Shown: piece by piece, positions 7,618-15,966 of the stretch
Numbering within the stretch: the stretch's first letter is position 1
Layout of the letters: each line of letters starts with the position of its first letter
Assembly (NCBI GenBank): GCA_947627015.1
Contig: CANQUL010000003.1
Location: 2,895 to 66,894, forward strand
From: an uncultured Clostridia bacterium
GTDB taxonomy: Bacteria > Bacillota > Clostridia > Christensenellales > Borkfalkiaceae
Direction: 5' to 3'
DNA length: 64,000 bases
Position numbers and translations under genes: made by a program
The notes under the pieces: model-generated
What the model was told of the DNA's origin: nothing
The model's input: the letters and a program-made list of their open reading frames with translations, nothing else
The model's database searches: none

Positions 7618-8265
7618 ATGGAGATCTGGGAAGTTGTGCTGATCGGGGTCGCCCTTTCCATGGACGCCGTCGCCGTCGGATTGACGGACGGCATGTCGGA
7701 ACCCCATATGGGGCGGGGAAAAACGTGCTTGGTCGCCGCCGTGTTCGCCGTCTTTCAGTTCCTGATGCCCGTTCTCGGGTACTATGCGGGGTACGCTTTT
7801 TCTTCCGTTGTGGAGAAGGTCGCACCCTACGTCTCGTTTGCCCTCCTCGCCCTCATCGGCGTCAAGATGATCGTCGACTGCGCGCTCGAACTGTACAAAA
7901 AGCGGCGCGCGGCCCGCGCGGCCTCTTCCGAAGATACGGAAGGAGACTTTGCTCCCCCCGAGCCGTCCGAACTCTCCCGCAAGGGCAAGTTCGGCGTGGG
8001 GAAACTGCTCTTGCAGGGGATCGCGACTTCGATCGACGCCCTTGCCGTTGGCGTGACCTTTTTCGCCCTCGACACCGCGGACAGCCTACCCATGTCCGCG
8101 ATTTGGTGCTCGGTCATCATCGGAGCCATCACCTTTGCGCTGTCCTTTTGCGCTGTCCTTCTCGGCAAGCGCGCGGGAGACCGCTTTTCGGACAAGGCGG
8201 AGATCGCGGGCGGCGTGATCCTCATCGGGGTGGGCCTGAAAATTCTGCTCGAAGGCATCCTTTAA
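7618..8265 (+). CDS. mntP: manganese efflux pump MntP
   Basis: M57 of ORF 7450..8265 (MEIWEVVLIGVALSMDAVAVGL...). Second half repeats the motif (QGIATSIDALAVGVTF). Preceded by the Mn riboswitch. Confidence 0.9.
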   Translation: MEIWEVVLIGVALSMDAVAVGLTDGMSEPHMGRGKTCLVAAVFAVFQFLMPVLGYYAGYAFSSVVEKVAPYVSFALLALIGVKMIVDCALELYKKRRAARAASSEDTEGDFAPPEPSELSRKGKFGVGKLLLQGIATSIDALAVGVTFFALDTADSLPMSAIWCSVIIGAITFALSFCAVLLGKRAGDRFSDKAEIAGGVILIGVGLKILLEGIL

Positions 8266-8277
8266 TCGGAGAATCGT

Positions 8278-9258
8278 ATGCTGTATCTTTGGATCTTTCT
8301 CATCCTCGTCGGATTTCTGCTCCTCATCAAGGGGGCAGACTGGTTTGTGGACGGCGCCTCCGCGGTCGCGAAGAAGTTGCACATTCCCGCGCTCGTCATC
8401 GGCCTCACCGTAGTCGCCTTCGGAACGAGCGCGCCCGAGCTCGCCGTCTCGATCACGTCCGCCGTGCAGCACTCCACCGACATCGCCATCGGCAACGTCG
8501 TGGGGAGCAACATCACCAACATCCTGCTCATTCTCGGAATATCCTCGCTCATCCATGTCCTTCCCGTGCGGCGGGATTCCGTCGTGCTCGACATCCCCGT
8601 GCTCCTGATCGGGTCCGTCCTTCTCGTCGGGCTCGGCGCATGGGGGAACGCGCTCTCATGGTGGGACGGGCTCATCCTGATCGTCGTCTTTTCCGTGTAC
8701 ATGGGGCTGCTCTTCCGCAATACAAAAAAGAATCCGCGCCCGGAGGAAGACTCGGGATTCGCGCCGCCCAAGGGGAAATTGAACGCCTGGATCTCCAAAA
8801 TGGAGGAACGGACGTGGTTCGCCGTCCTCCTTACCCTCGTGGGGCTCGGGCTCGTGGTCGGCGGCGGGACGCTCCTCGTCGACGGTGCGCGCTATGTCGC
8901 GGAGTTCTTCGGCGTGAGCGAGCGCGTCATCGGATTGACCGTCGTCGCCATCGGGACAAGCCTTCCCGAACTCGTGACGAGCATCGTGGCGGCGTCCAAG
9001 GGGGAGACGGATATCGCGGTCGGCAACGTCATCGGGAGCAACATCTTCAACATCTTTCTCGTGGGAGGCGTCTCCTCGCTGTTCTATCCCCTCACCTTCA
9101 CGGCGCAGGGAAATCTCGTCGACGCGCTCGTCGCACTCGGTGCGGCCCTTCTTCTGTATGCGCTCGTCTTTTTGGGCAAGCGGAAACTCTCCAAGGCCGC
9201 AGGTGCGGTCATGGTACTATCCTTTGCCGCCTACTATGTCTATCTCTTCCTCGTATAG
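8278..9258 (+). CDS. CaCA-family cation/Ca2+ antiporter (YrbG-like)
   Basis: Two alpha-repeats: GLTVVAFGTSAPELAVSI...GNVVGSNITNILLILG and GLTVVAIGTSLPELVTSI...GNVIGSNIFNIFLV. About 10 TM segments. Confidence 0.85.
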   Translation: MLYLWIFLILVGFLLLIKGADWFVDGASAVAKKLHIPALVIGLTVVAFGTSAPELAVSITSAVQHSTDIAIGNVVGSNITNILLILGISSLIHVLPVRRDSVVLDIPVLLIGSVLLVGLGAWGNALSWWDGLILIVVFSVYMGLLFRNTKKNPRPEEDSGFAPPKGKLNAWISKMEERTWFAVLLTLVGLGLVVGGGTLLVDGARYVAEFFGVSERVIGLTVVAIGTSLPELVTSIVAASKGETDIAVGNVIGSNIFNIFLVGGVSSLFYPLTFTAQGNLVDALVALGAALLLYALVFLGKRKLSKAAGAVMVLSFAAYYVYLFLV

Positions 9259-9267
9259 GAGCCTCGC

Positions 9268-10977
9268 ATGAGACATCTTATGACCTGTATGAAACCATAT
9301 CGGACGGTGTCCGTGCTCGCGCCGCTCTTCAAGCTCTTTGAGGCGGCGATGGAGCTCACGGTCCCCCTCGTCGTGGGAGCCATCGTCGACGTCGGCATCG
9401 CGAACGGAGACCGCGGCTATGTCGTCTCCGCCTGCCTGCTGCTCGCGGCCTTCGGGCTCGCGGGGCTCGCTTTCGCGCTCACCGCACAGTTCTTTGCCGC
9501 CAAGGCGGCGGTGGGGACTTCGGCGGAACTCCGCCATCGGCTCTTTGAAAAGCTTCTGTCCTTTTCTTATGCCCAAATCGACGACATGGGTACCGCCTCG
9601 ATGGTCACCCGCATGACGAGCGACGTCAATCAGGTGCAAAACGGCGTCAACATGACCCTGCGCATTCTGCTCCGTTCGCCCATCGTGGTATTCGGCGCGG
9701 CGCTCATGGCCTTCTTCGTGGACCCGTACGGCGGACTCGTCATCCTCGGCGTCATTCCGCTCCTCATGATCGTCGTGTTCGCCGTCATGGCTCTCACCGT
9801 TCCGCGCAACCGGGCCGTGCAGGAAAAACTCGACGACGTCTATCTCTCCGCACGGGAAAATCTCGCGGGCGCGCGGGTCATCCGCGCCTTTCGCATGGAG
9901 AAGAAAGAGGAGGCGGAATTCGAACAAAAGAGCAAGTCGCTTCTTGGCGAACAGATCGGCGTGGGTCGGATCGCGGCGCTCACGGCGCCCCTCACCTTCG
10001 CCCTCGTCAACCTCGCCGTCATCGTGCTCATTTGGGTGGGCGCCCTCCGCGTGGAGCTCGGCTCGCTCAGTCAGGGCGACGTGCTCGCCCTCTACAACTA
10101 TCTCGCCCTCATCCTCGTCGAACTCATCAAATTCGTCAACCTCATCGTCACCGTCTCCAAGAGCGTCTCGTGTATGAAGCGCATCGGTGCGGTACTCGAT
10201 TCGGAGGGCGAAGAGCGGGGCGGCGTCTGTCCCGAACCCGACAAAACCGCACCCCATATCGCATTTGAGGACGTTTCTTTCACCTATCCCGGTGCGGGAG
10301 CACCCGCCCTCGAGGGCATCACGTTCACGGTCGCCGCGGGCGAGACGGTGGGCATTCTCGGCGGAACGGGGTCGGGAAAATCGACGCTCGTGCGTCTGCT
10401 TCCCCGCTTTTACGAGATCGGCGGAGGCAGCCTCAAGGTGTGGGGGAGAGAGATAAGCTCCATCCCCAAGGACGCCTTGCGCAAAAGCATCGGCTATGTG
10501 CCGCAGCGGGCGCAGCTCTTTGCGGGGACGATCGCCTCCAATCTCCGGTGGGGCAACGAGGAGGCCTCGGACGAAGCGCTTCTCCATGCGGCCGAACTCG
10601 CCGAAGCGCGCGATGTTGTGGAGGCAAAGGGGGGCATTTACGGCCCCGTCGCGCAAGAGGGACGCAACCTTTCGGGCGGCCAGCGCCAGCGGCTCACCAT
10701 TGCGCGCGCCCTTGTAAAGGACCCCGACATCCTCGTGCTCGACGATTCCTCTTCGGCGCTCGACTACCGCACGGACGCCCGTCTCGGTGAGACCTTGAAG
10801 AGCCTTCCGCAGACGGTGTTCCTCGTCTCCCAGCGGGTCTCGTCCGTCATGCGCGCGGACAAGATCATCGTGCTTGACGAAGGCCGTATCGCGGGCATGG
10901 GTACCCACGACGAGCTCATGGCGGGCTGTGAACTGTACCGCAGGATTTACGAATCGCAGACGGAGGAGACGGCATGA
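9268..10977 (+). CDS. ABC exporter half-transporter (TMD-NBD), degenerate-site subunit
   Basis: Walker A GGTGSGKST, signature LSGGQRQRL. Walker B ILVLDD has D in place of the catalytic E, and the H-loop reads VSQRVS (Q for H). 4-nt overlap with the next gene. Confidence 0.9.
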   Translation: MRHLMTCMKPYRTVSVLAPLFKLFEAAMELTVPLVVGAIVDVGIANGDRGYVVSACLLLAAFGLAGLAFALTAQFFAAKAAVGTSAELRHRLFEKLLSFSYAQIDDMGTASMVTRMTSDVNQVQNGVNMTLRILLRSPIVVFGAALMAFFVDPYGGLVILGVIPLLMIVVFAVMALTVPRNRAVQEKLDDVYLSARENLAGARVIRAFRMEKKEEAEFEQKSKSLLGEQIGVGRIAALTAPLTFALVNLAVIVLIWVGALRVELGSLSQGDVLALYNYLALILVELIKFVNLIVTVSKSVSCMKRIGAVLDSEGEERGGVCPEPDKTAPHIAFEDVSFTYPGAGAPALEGITFTVAAGETVGILGGTGSGKSTLVRLLPRFYEIGGGSLKVWGREISSIPKDALRKSIGYVPQRAQLFAGTIASNLRWGNEEASDEALLHAAELAEARDVVEAKGGIYGPVAQEGRNLSGGQRQRLTIARALVKDPDILVLDDSSSALDYRTDARLGETLKSLPQTVFLVSQRVSSVMRADKIIVLDEGRIAGMGTHDELMAGCELYRRIYESQTEETA

Positions 10978-12713
10978 AGAACATGACGCTCTCCTCGGTT
11001 TTCCGTTACTTAAAGCCCTATGCGCTCCCGATCGCGCTCGTCCTTCTCTGTGCGCTCGCGGTCGTTGCGGGGCAGCTGCTCGCCCCCTTCTTTGCGGGAC
11101 GTGCCATCGACTGCATCACGGCGGAGGGCATCGACCGCGCGGGACTTGCGGCCAACCTCGCCGGCATCGGCGGAGCCCTTCTCCTCGTACTTCCCTTCCA
11201 GTGGGCGATGGGCCTCTTCAACAACCGGATCGCCTACCGCGTGCTCTGCGATCTGCGGCGGGACGCTTTCCAAAAGCTCTCCCGCCTGCCTCTTCGCTAT
11301 GTGGACGGACGCGCATACGGCGACGTCGCGAACGTCATCGTGACGGACGCCGAACAGTTTTCCGAGGGCCTTCTCCTCGGCTTCACCCAATTTTTTACGG
11401 GCATCCTGACCATTGTCGGCGTGCTCGGCATCATGCTCGCCCTCCGTTGGGAAGTCGCCCTCGTGGTGTTCTGCATCACGCCCGTTTCTTTCTTTGTCGC
11501 GCGGTCCATCTCCAAGCGGACGTACAAGTCCTTCCGTGCGCAGGCGGAAGCGCGCGCCGAGGAGGCCGCCTATGCCGACGAAATGCTCGCCGGGCTCAAG
11601 GTCGTAAAGGCCTTTTCCCGGGAAGAAGCCGCGGGACGGACCTTCGACGAAAAGAACAGAGCGCTCGAACGCGCCTCGCTGCGGGCCGTGTTCTTCTCCT
11701 CGACGGCCAACCCCGCAACGCGGTTCGTCAATGCGCTCGTCTATGCGGCCGTCACGCTCGTCGGAGGCTTTCTTGTCATCTCGACCGCGGGCATGGCTGC
11801 CCCATTTACGGTCGGTTCGCTCGGAATGTTCCTCTCCTACGCCAACCAGTACACCAAGCCTTTCAACGAGATCTCGGAGGTCGTGACGGAGTTCCAGAAC
11901 GCCCTCGCCTGCGCCGCGCGCATCTTTGCGCTCCTTGCGGAGGAAGAGGAGCCCTCCGACGCGGAATATCCCGACCTCGGCACCGTCCGCGGGGAAGTTT
12001 CGGCCGAGCACGTTGCGTTTTCGTACGACCCCGCCCGTCCGCTCATCGAGGACTTCGACCTGTCCGTCAAGGCGGGCATGCGGGTCGCCATCGTCGGCCC
12101 CACGGGCTGCGGCAAGACGACGCTCATCAACCTTCTCATGCGGTTTTACGACGTCGACGCGGGTACCGTGTCCGTGGACGGGCATGACATCCGCACCGTC
12201 ACGCGCGCGTCCCTCCGCCGCAACTACGGCATGGTCTTGCAGGAGACGTGGCTCAAGACGGGCACAGTGCGCGAGAATCTGAAGATGGGACGCCCCGATG
12301 CCTCCGACGAGGAGATGATCGAGGCCGCAAAGGCCGCCAAGGCACATTCCTTCATTCGCCGTCTCCCCAAGGGGTACGATACCGTCATCGGCGACGAGGG
12401 GATCCTGTCGGCCGGGCAGAAGCAGCTCCTCTGCATCGCGCGCGTCATGCTCTGCCGTCCGCCCATGCTCATCCTCGACGAGGCCACGAGCAACATCGAC
12501 ACGCACACCGAACGTCTCGTCCAACAGGCCTTTGATACGCTCATGGAGGGCAGGACGAGCTTTGTCGTCGCCCATCGGCTCTCGACGATCGTGCACAGCG
12601 ACCTCATTCTCGTCATGAAGGACGGCAAGATCGTCGAACAGGGCACGCACGGCGAGCTGCTTGAAAAGGGCGGATTTTATGCCGGCCTGTACCGCGCGGG
12701 ATTTGCACATTGA
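10974..12713 (+). CDS. ABC exporter half-transporter (TMD-NBD), consensus-site subunit
   Basis: Walker A GPTGCGKTT, Walker B MLILDEATS, H-loop VVAHRLST, non-canonical signature LSAGQKQLL. Confidence 0.9.
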   Translation: MKNMTLSSVFRYLKPYALPIALVLLCALAVVAGQLLAPFFAGRAIDCITAEGIDRAGLAANLAGIGGALLLVLPFQWAMGLFNNRIAYRVLCDLRRDAFQKLSRLPLRYVDGRAYGDVANVIVTDAEQFSEGLLLGFTQFFTGILTIVGVLGIMLALRWEVALVVFCITPVSFFVARSISKRTYKSFRAQAEARAEEAAYADEMLAGLKVVKAFSREEAAGRTFDEKNRALERASLRAVFFSSTANPATRFVNALVYAAVTLVGGFLVISTAGMAAPFTVGSLGMFLSYANQYTKPFNEISEVVTEFQNALACAARIFALLAEEEEPSDAEYPDLGTVRGEVSAEHVAFSYDPARPLIEDFDLSVKAGMRVAIVGPTGCGKTTLINLLMRFYDVDAGTVSVDGHDIRTVTRASLRRNYGMVLQETWLKTGTVRENLKMGRPDASDEEMIEAAKAAKAHSFIRRLPKGYDTVIGDEGILSAGQKQLLCIARVMLCRPPMLILDEATSNIDTHTERLVQQAFDTLMEGRTSFVVAHRLSTIVHSDLILVMKDGKIVEQGTHGELLEKGGFYAGLYRAGFAH

Positions 12714-12903
12714 GCGGATTTTTTTCCGCCCCCATGTCTGTTTTTCCGGGTATTCCGTCGAACGTTCCGACGGCCGCTATACGCTTCTCTTCCGGGAAAC
12801 GAGGAAGTACCCGAGCCTCGCGTTGATCGGATGGGGCGGTGCGCTTGTCCCTGCGGCGGTCTGCCTCTTGGTTTCCCGCAAAAGACGCATCGCGATCGCG
12901 TAG
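12679..12903 (+). CDS. possible small single-TM protein (74 aa) at the 3' end of the ABC operon
   Basis: ATG at 12679 with AAGGG 8 nt upstream. C-terminal hydrophobic stretch LALIGWGGALVPAAVCLLV followed by SRKRR. Third codon positions are mostly G/C. The only good terminator (12923-12956) lies after this ORF rather than after the ABC stop. Weak call. Confidence 0.3.
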   Translation: MPACTARDLHIERIFFRPHVCFSGYSVERSDGRYTLLFRETRKYPSLALIGWGGALVPAAVCLLVSRKRRIAIA

Positions 12904-12922
12904 TTCTCACGGAAAACAAAAA

Positions 12923-12956
12923 CGCTCCCGGACGGGGTTCTCCGAGAGCGTTTTTT
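12923..12956. terminator. bidirectional intrinsic terminator between the ABC operon and the convergent permease gene
   Basis: CGCTCCCGGA / TCCGAGAGCG stem (9 of 10 pairs), 8-nt loop. T6 downstream and an A-rich run upstream. Confidence 0.6.
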
Positions 12957-12984
12957 CGTTTGGAAGGGGCATCTGTCCGGAACG

Positions 12985-14280
12985 TCACAGAAATTCGAGC
13001 GCCAGCGCGCCGAGTGCGGCGAGGAGGGTGGGCAGGGCGACGGTCACGCCCATCTTGAGAAAACTGCCGTAGCCGAACCGCACGCCTTCACGGCTGAGCA
13101 TGGAGCTCCACATGATGCCCGCAAGGGCGCCGATGGGGGTCAGAAAGGCGCCGATGTTGGACCCGATGACGGTCGCAAGCAGCGCGGGGAGCCCTGCCGA
13201 GGTCCCGAGCACGGCCGAAAAGAGCACGCTCATCGGGATGTTGTTGATGATGTTCGCCGAAACAAAGGAGGCCGCACCGTACGTCCATACGGGGGGAGCC
13301 TGTTCGAGGGCCTCCGCAATGATCTCCGTCACGCCCTGCTCTTCGAGCGCCACGATCATCACGAACATGGAGAGCACAAAGGGGATGAGGGCATAGGGCG
13401 CGCGTCGGACGCAGTCCAAAAGTTCCTTGGGCTTATGCCGCTCAAAGAGAGAGACGGTGAGGGCGCACACGGCGAGGCTTCCGACGGCGGCAAGCGCCAC
13501 GATCCACATCTCGAGCCCGAGATACGAGCCCACGGCGAGCAGTACGGTGCAGACGACAAGGTGCACGAGCCCGACCGCAAGGAGGGGCTTATTGGCCACA
13601 TGCTCCTCTTCGGCGCCGCCCGAAATGGGCATGGAGAGTTTCTTGCGATAGACGAAGTAGAGCGCGGACAGGGCTACCATGCCCGCAAGGACGGTGGGAA
13701 AAGCGCTCAATCTGAGGTAAGTGAAGAAGTCGAGCCCGTACCCTTCGGCAAGGTAGATGTTCGTGGGATTCCCGATGATGAGCGCCATGCTCCACGTGTT
13801 CGCGGCGACAAATTCGGCGGCGAGGTAGGGCATGGGGTCGATGTTCGCGTGCTTGGAAAAGTAGAGGATGAAGGGCGTAAAGGAGAGGATGATGATGTCG
13901 TTGGACGTAAAGACGGTGAGCACGGCGACGAGGGCATAGAGCGCAAAAAAGAGCTTTTTCTGACCCCCATGTGCATATTTGAGGGCCTTTCCCGCAAGGA
14001 CGCGGAAAAAGCCGAGCTCGTCGAGAAAGACGGAGAGGACGGTCATGGAGAGGAAGAGCACGAGGATCTTGAGCGGGTTGACCGCCGTATCCGCGGTGAG
14101 TGCGCCGAGGACCTCCCGTCCGTCGACGAGACCGAACGCGAGAAGGATGCCCGCGCCGATCACGGTCACGAGCCAATAGGTAGAGACTTCTGTCTTCCCG
14201 AGTTTCAGCTTGGGGAAGAAGAGGATGCAGAGGATCATCGCGGCGATGGTCAGAATGCAGACAAGCAGAGCAGCGAGCAT
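12985..14280 (-). CDS. ArsB/NhaD-superfamily anion permease (CitMHS/YbiR-like)
   Basis: 431 aa with about 11-12 TM segments. Sequence style of ArsB/NhaD permeases (GNPTNIYLAEG, NIINNIPMS, IGSNIGAFLTPIGALAG). Substrate not inferable. Confidence 0.7.
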   Translation of the reverse strand: MLAALLVCILTIAAMILCILFFPKLKLGKTEVSTYWLVTVIGAGILLAFGLVDGREVLGALTADTAVNPLKILVLFLSMTVLSVFLDELGFFRVLAGKALKYAHGGQKKLFFALYALVAVLTVFTSNDIIILSFTPFILYFSKHANIDPMPYLAAEFVAANTWSMALIIGNPTNIYLAEGYGLDFFTYLRLSAFPTVLAGMVALSALYFVYRKKLSMPISGGAEEEHVANKPLLAVGLVHLVVCTVLLAVGSYLGLEMWIVALAAVGSLAVCALTVSLFERHKPKELLDCVRRAPYALIPFVLSMFVMIVALEEQGVTEIIAEALEQAPPVWTYGAASFVSANIINNIPMSVLFSAVLGTSAGLPALLATVIGSNIGAFLTPIGALAGIMWSSMLSREGVRFGYGSFLKMGVTVALPTLLAALGALALEFL

Positions 14281-14359
14281 AGGAGATGCCTCTCAAAGAA
14301 AAAAACCGTACTATGTTCTATCACAAACGGTTCCGAAAGTCAACAAAATCCGCCCTCTT

Positions 14360-14376
14360 TCCGAAAAATTTTCGGA
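14360..14376. promoter_or_regulatory. 17-bp palindrome in the divergent permease/ClC control region
   Basis: TCCGAAAA-A-TTTTCGGA, perfect 8-bp arms. Lies 80 nt upstream of the permease start codon (14280) and 34 nt upstream of the ClC -35. Confidence 0.3.
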
Positions 14377-14409
14377 TTCGGCCCGAATTGATCTGCTTTG
14401 CGGAAATTC

Positions 14410-14438
14410 TTTACATTTTTCCGCGTCCGTGGTATAAT
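14410..14438 (+). promoter_or_regulatory. sigma-A promoter of the ClC gene
   Basis: TTTACA (14410-14415), 17 nt, TGG-TATAAT (14430-14438). Confidence 0.55.
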
Positions 14439-14459
14439 GAAAGGGATTTCATTGAGAGG

Positions 14460-15863
14460 ATGGCATTGCATATGGAAGAAGCGCATCGGGGCAAGACGGA
14501 GATCGGAAAGCGTGCCCACCGCACGGGTGTCATCGCGGCCGTGGGCGTTCTCACGGGCTGCTTTGCGGGGCTCATCGCAACGCTCTATAACAGCGTCGCG
14601 GAGATGGTGGAGGAATTTGCCGCGGGGTATTACGGCTACATCCGCGACAATCCGTGGTTCGTGCCCCTCCTCTTTTTGGGGCTCTTTTTGGGAGGCATCG
14701 TCATCGGCGGAAGTGTCAGGCTCTTCCCCGTCCTCAAGGGAAGCGGTTTCCCCCAGACGGAGGGCGTCGTAGAGGGAAAACTGCACTTCCGTTGGTATCA
14801 AGCCCTGATCGACATGTTCGCGGCCGGCCTCTTCTGCGTGTTTGCGGGAGCGAGCGCGGGCGCCGAGGGCCCCAGCCTCCTGCTCGGCGGAGCGTGCGGG
14901 GGCGGCGTCGGAAGGATTTTCCGCTGCGGCGACGATCTGCGCCGGTACAGTATCACGGGCGGCGCCTGTGCGGGTCTTGCCGTCTCGCTCAATGCTCCGC
15001 TCACGGGCATGATCTTCGCCTTCGAGGAAGCGCACAAGCGCTTTACGCCCGAGGTCTTTGTCTGTTCGTTCTCCTCCGTCGTCGCGGCGATGGCGGTGCG
15101 TGCCCTGCTCGGGCCCTGCGTCGGACTGCACGGCGGGCCCTTCCTCAAGACCTTTTCGCCCGTCGGCGATGCGGGGCTGCTCTTCACGCTCGAAGCGCTT
15201 GGGGCGGCGGCCGTCTGCGCCCTGCTCGCTGTCGCGCTCTATTATGCCATCCTCTTCGCCCATCGGCGGTTCCAAAAGCTCACCTTCTTCCGCGGCACGG
15301 GTCGGTATCTGATCCCCTTCCTCGCGATGGGGGTCCTCGGCCTCTTCTCCGTGTGGGCGATGGGGAGCGGGATCGGCGTGATCGAATCGCTCGGGAGCGG
15401 ATCGGAGCATACCATGTCCGTGTTCGGGGCTCCGATTTGGGCGACACTTCTCATCGTGATCGCGTTGCGGTTCGTCGCATCCGTGCTCAATGCGGGGTGC
15501 GATCTTCCCTGTTGCTCCTCGGTTCCCATGATGGCGATCGGCGCGTGCGTCGGATCCCTCATGAGCCTGCTCTTCGAACAATGGGGCATGGACCCCATGC
15601 TTGCGGACGGCCTCGTCATCGTCTGCATGGTGACCTTCCTCTCGGCGGTGGTCAAGGCCCCGCTCACGGGCATCATCATGTCGGTGGAACTCACCCAGAG
15701 CTTTTCCTTCCTTCTCCCCGCGATCGTCGGCGTGGCGGTGGGGTATCTCGTCGGCGAGATGTTCCGCACGGAGCCGCTCTATGAGGTGCTGCTCGAGGAT
15801 ACGTTCGGCCGCCCGGAGGAACCGAAAGCGCCGAAAGATCCGGAGGAGCCGGAGAAGGCCTGA
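14460..15863 (+). CDS. ClC-family voltage-gated chloride channel / H+-Cl- antiporter
   Basis: The promoter lies inside the 5' part of ORF 14286..15863, so the start must be 14460 (ATG), 14466 (TTG) or 14472 (ATG). ClC motifs GSGFPQ, GAEGPSLLLGG and GMIFAFEE are present. Confidence 0.85.
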   Translation: MALHMEEAHRGKTEIGKRAHRTGVIAAVGVLTGCFAGLIATLYNSVAEMVEEFAAGYYGYIRDNPWFVPLLFLGLFLGGIVIGGSVRLFPVLKGSGFPQTEGVVEGKLHFRWYQALIDMFAAGLFCVFAGASAGAEGPSLLLGGACGGGVGRIFRCGDDLRRYSITGGACAGLAVSLNAPLTGMIFAFEEAHKRFTPEVFVCSFSSVVAAMAVRALLGPCVGLHGGPFLKTFSPVGDAGLLFTLEALGAAAVCALLAVALYYAILFAHRRFQKLTFFRGTGRYLIPFLAMGVLGLFSVWAMGSGIGVIESLGSGSEHTMSVFGAPIWATLLIVIALRFVASVLNAGCDLPCCSSVPMMAIGACVGSLMSLLFEQWGMDPMLADGLVIVCMVTFLSAVVKAPLTGIIMSVELTQSFSFLLPAIVGVAVGYLVGEMFRTEPLYEVLLEDTFGRPEEPKAPKDPEEPEKA

Positions 15864-15923
15864 CCGGAGGGCAGAGCCCATGTTCGGGACCGGCGGGGGT
15901 TCCTCCCCCAAAAAAAGACAGAA

Positions 15924-15950
15924 AAGGACCCCGCGGTCTGCGGGGTCCTT
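15924..15950. terminator. bidirectional terminator between ClC and the EF-G-like gene
   Basis: Perfect 11-bp stem AAGGACCCCGC / GCGGGGTCCTT with a 5-nt loop. The minus strand has a T-rich tail (complement of AAAAAAAGACAGAAA); the plus-strand tail is weaker. Confidence 0.6.
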
Positions 15951-15966
15951 ACGTTTTCGAACGATC

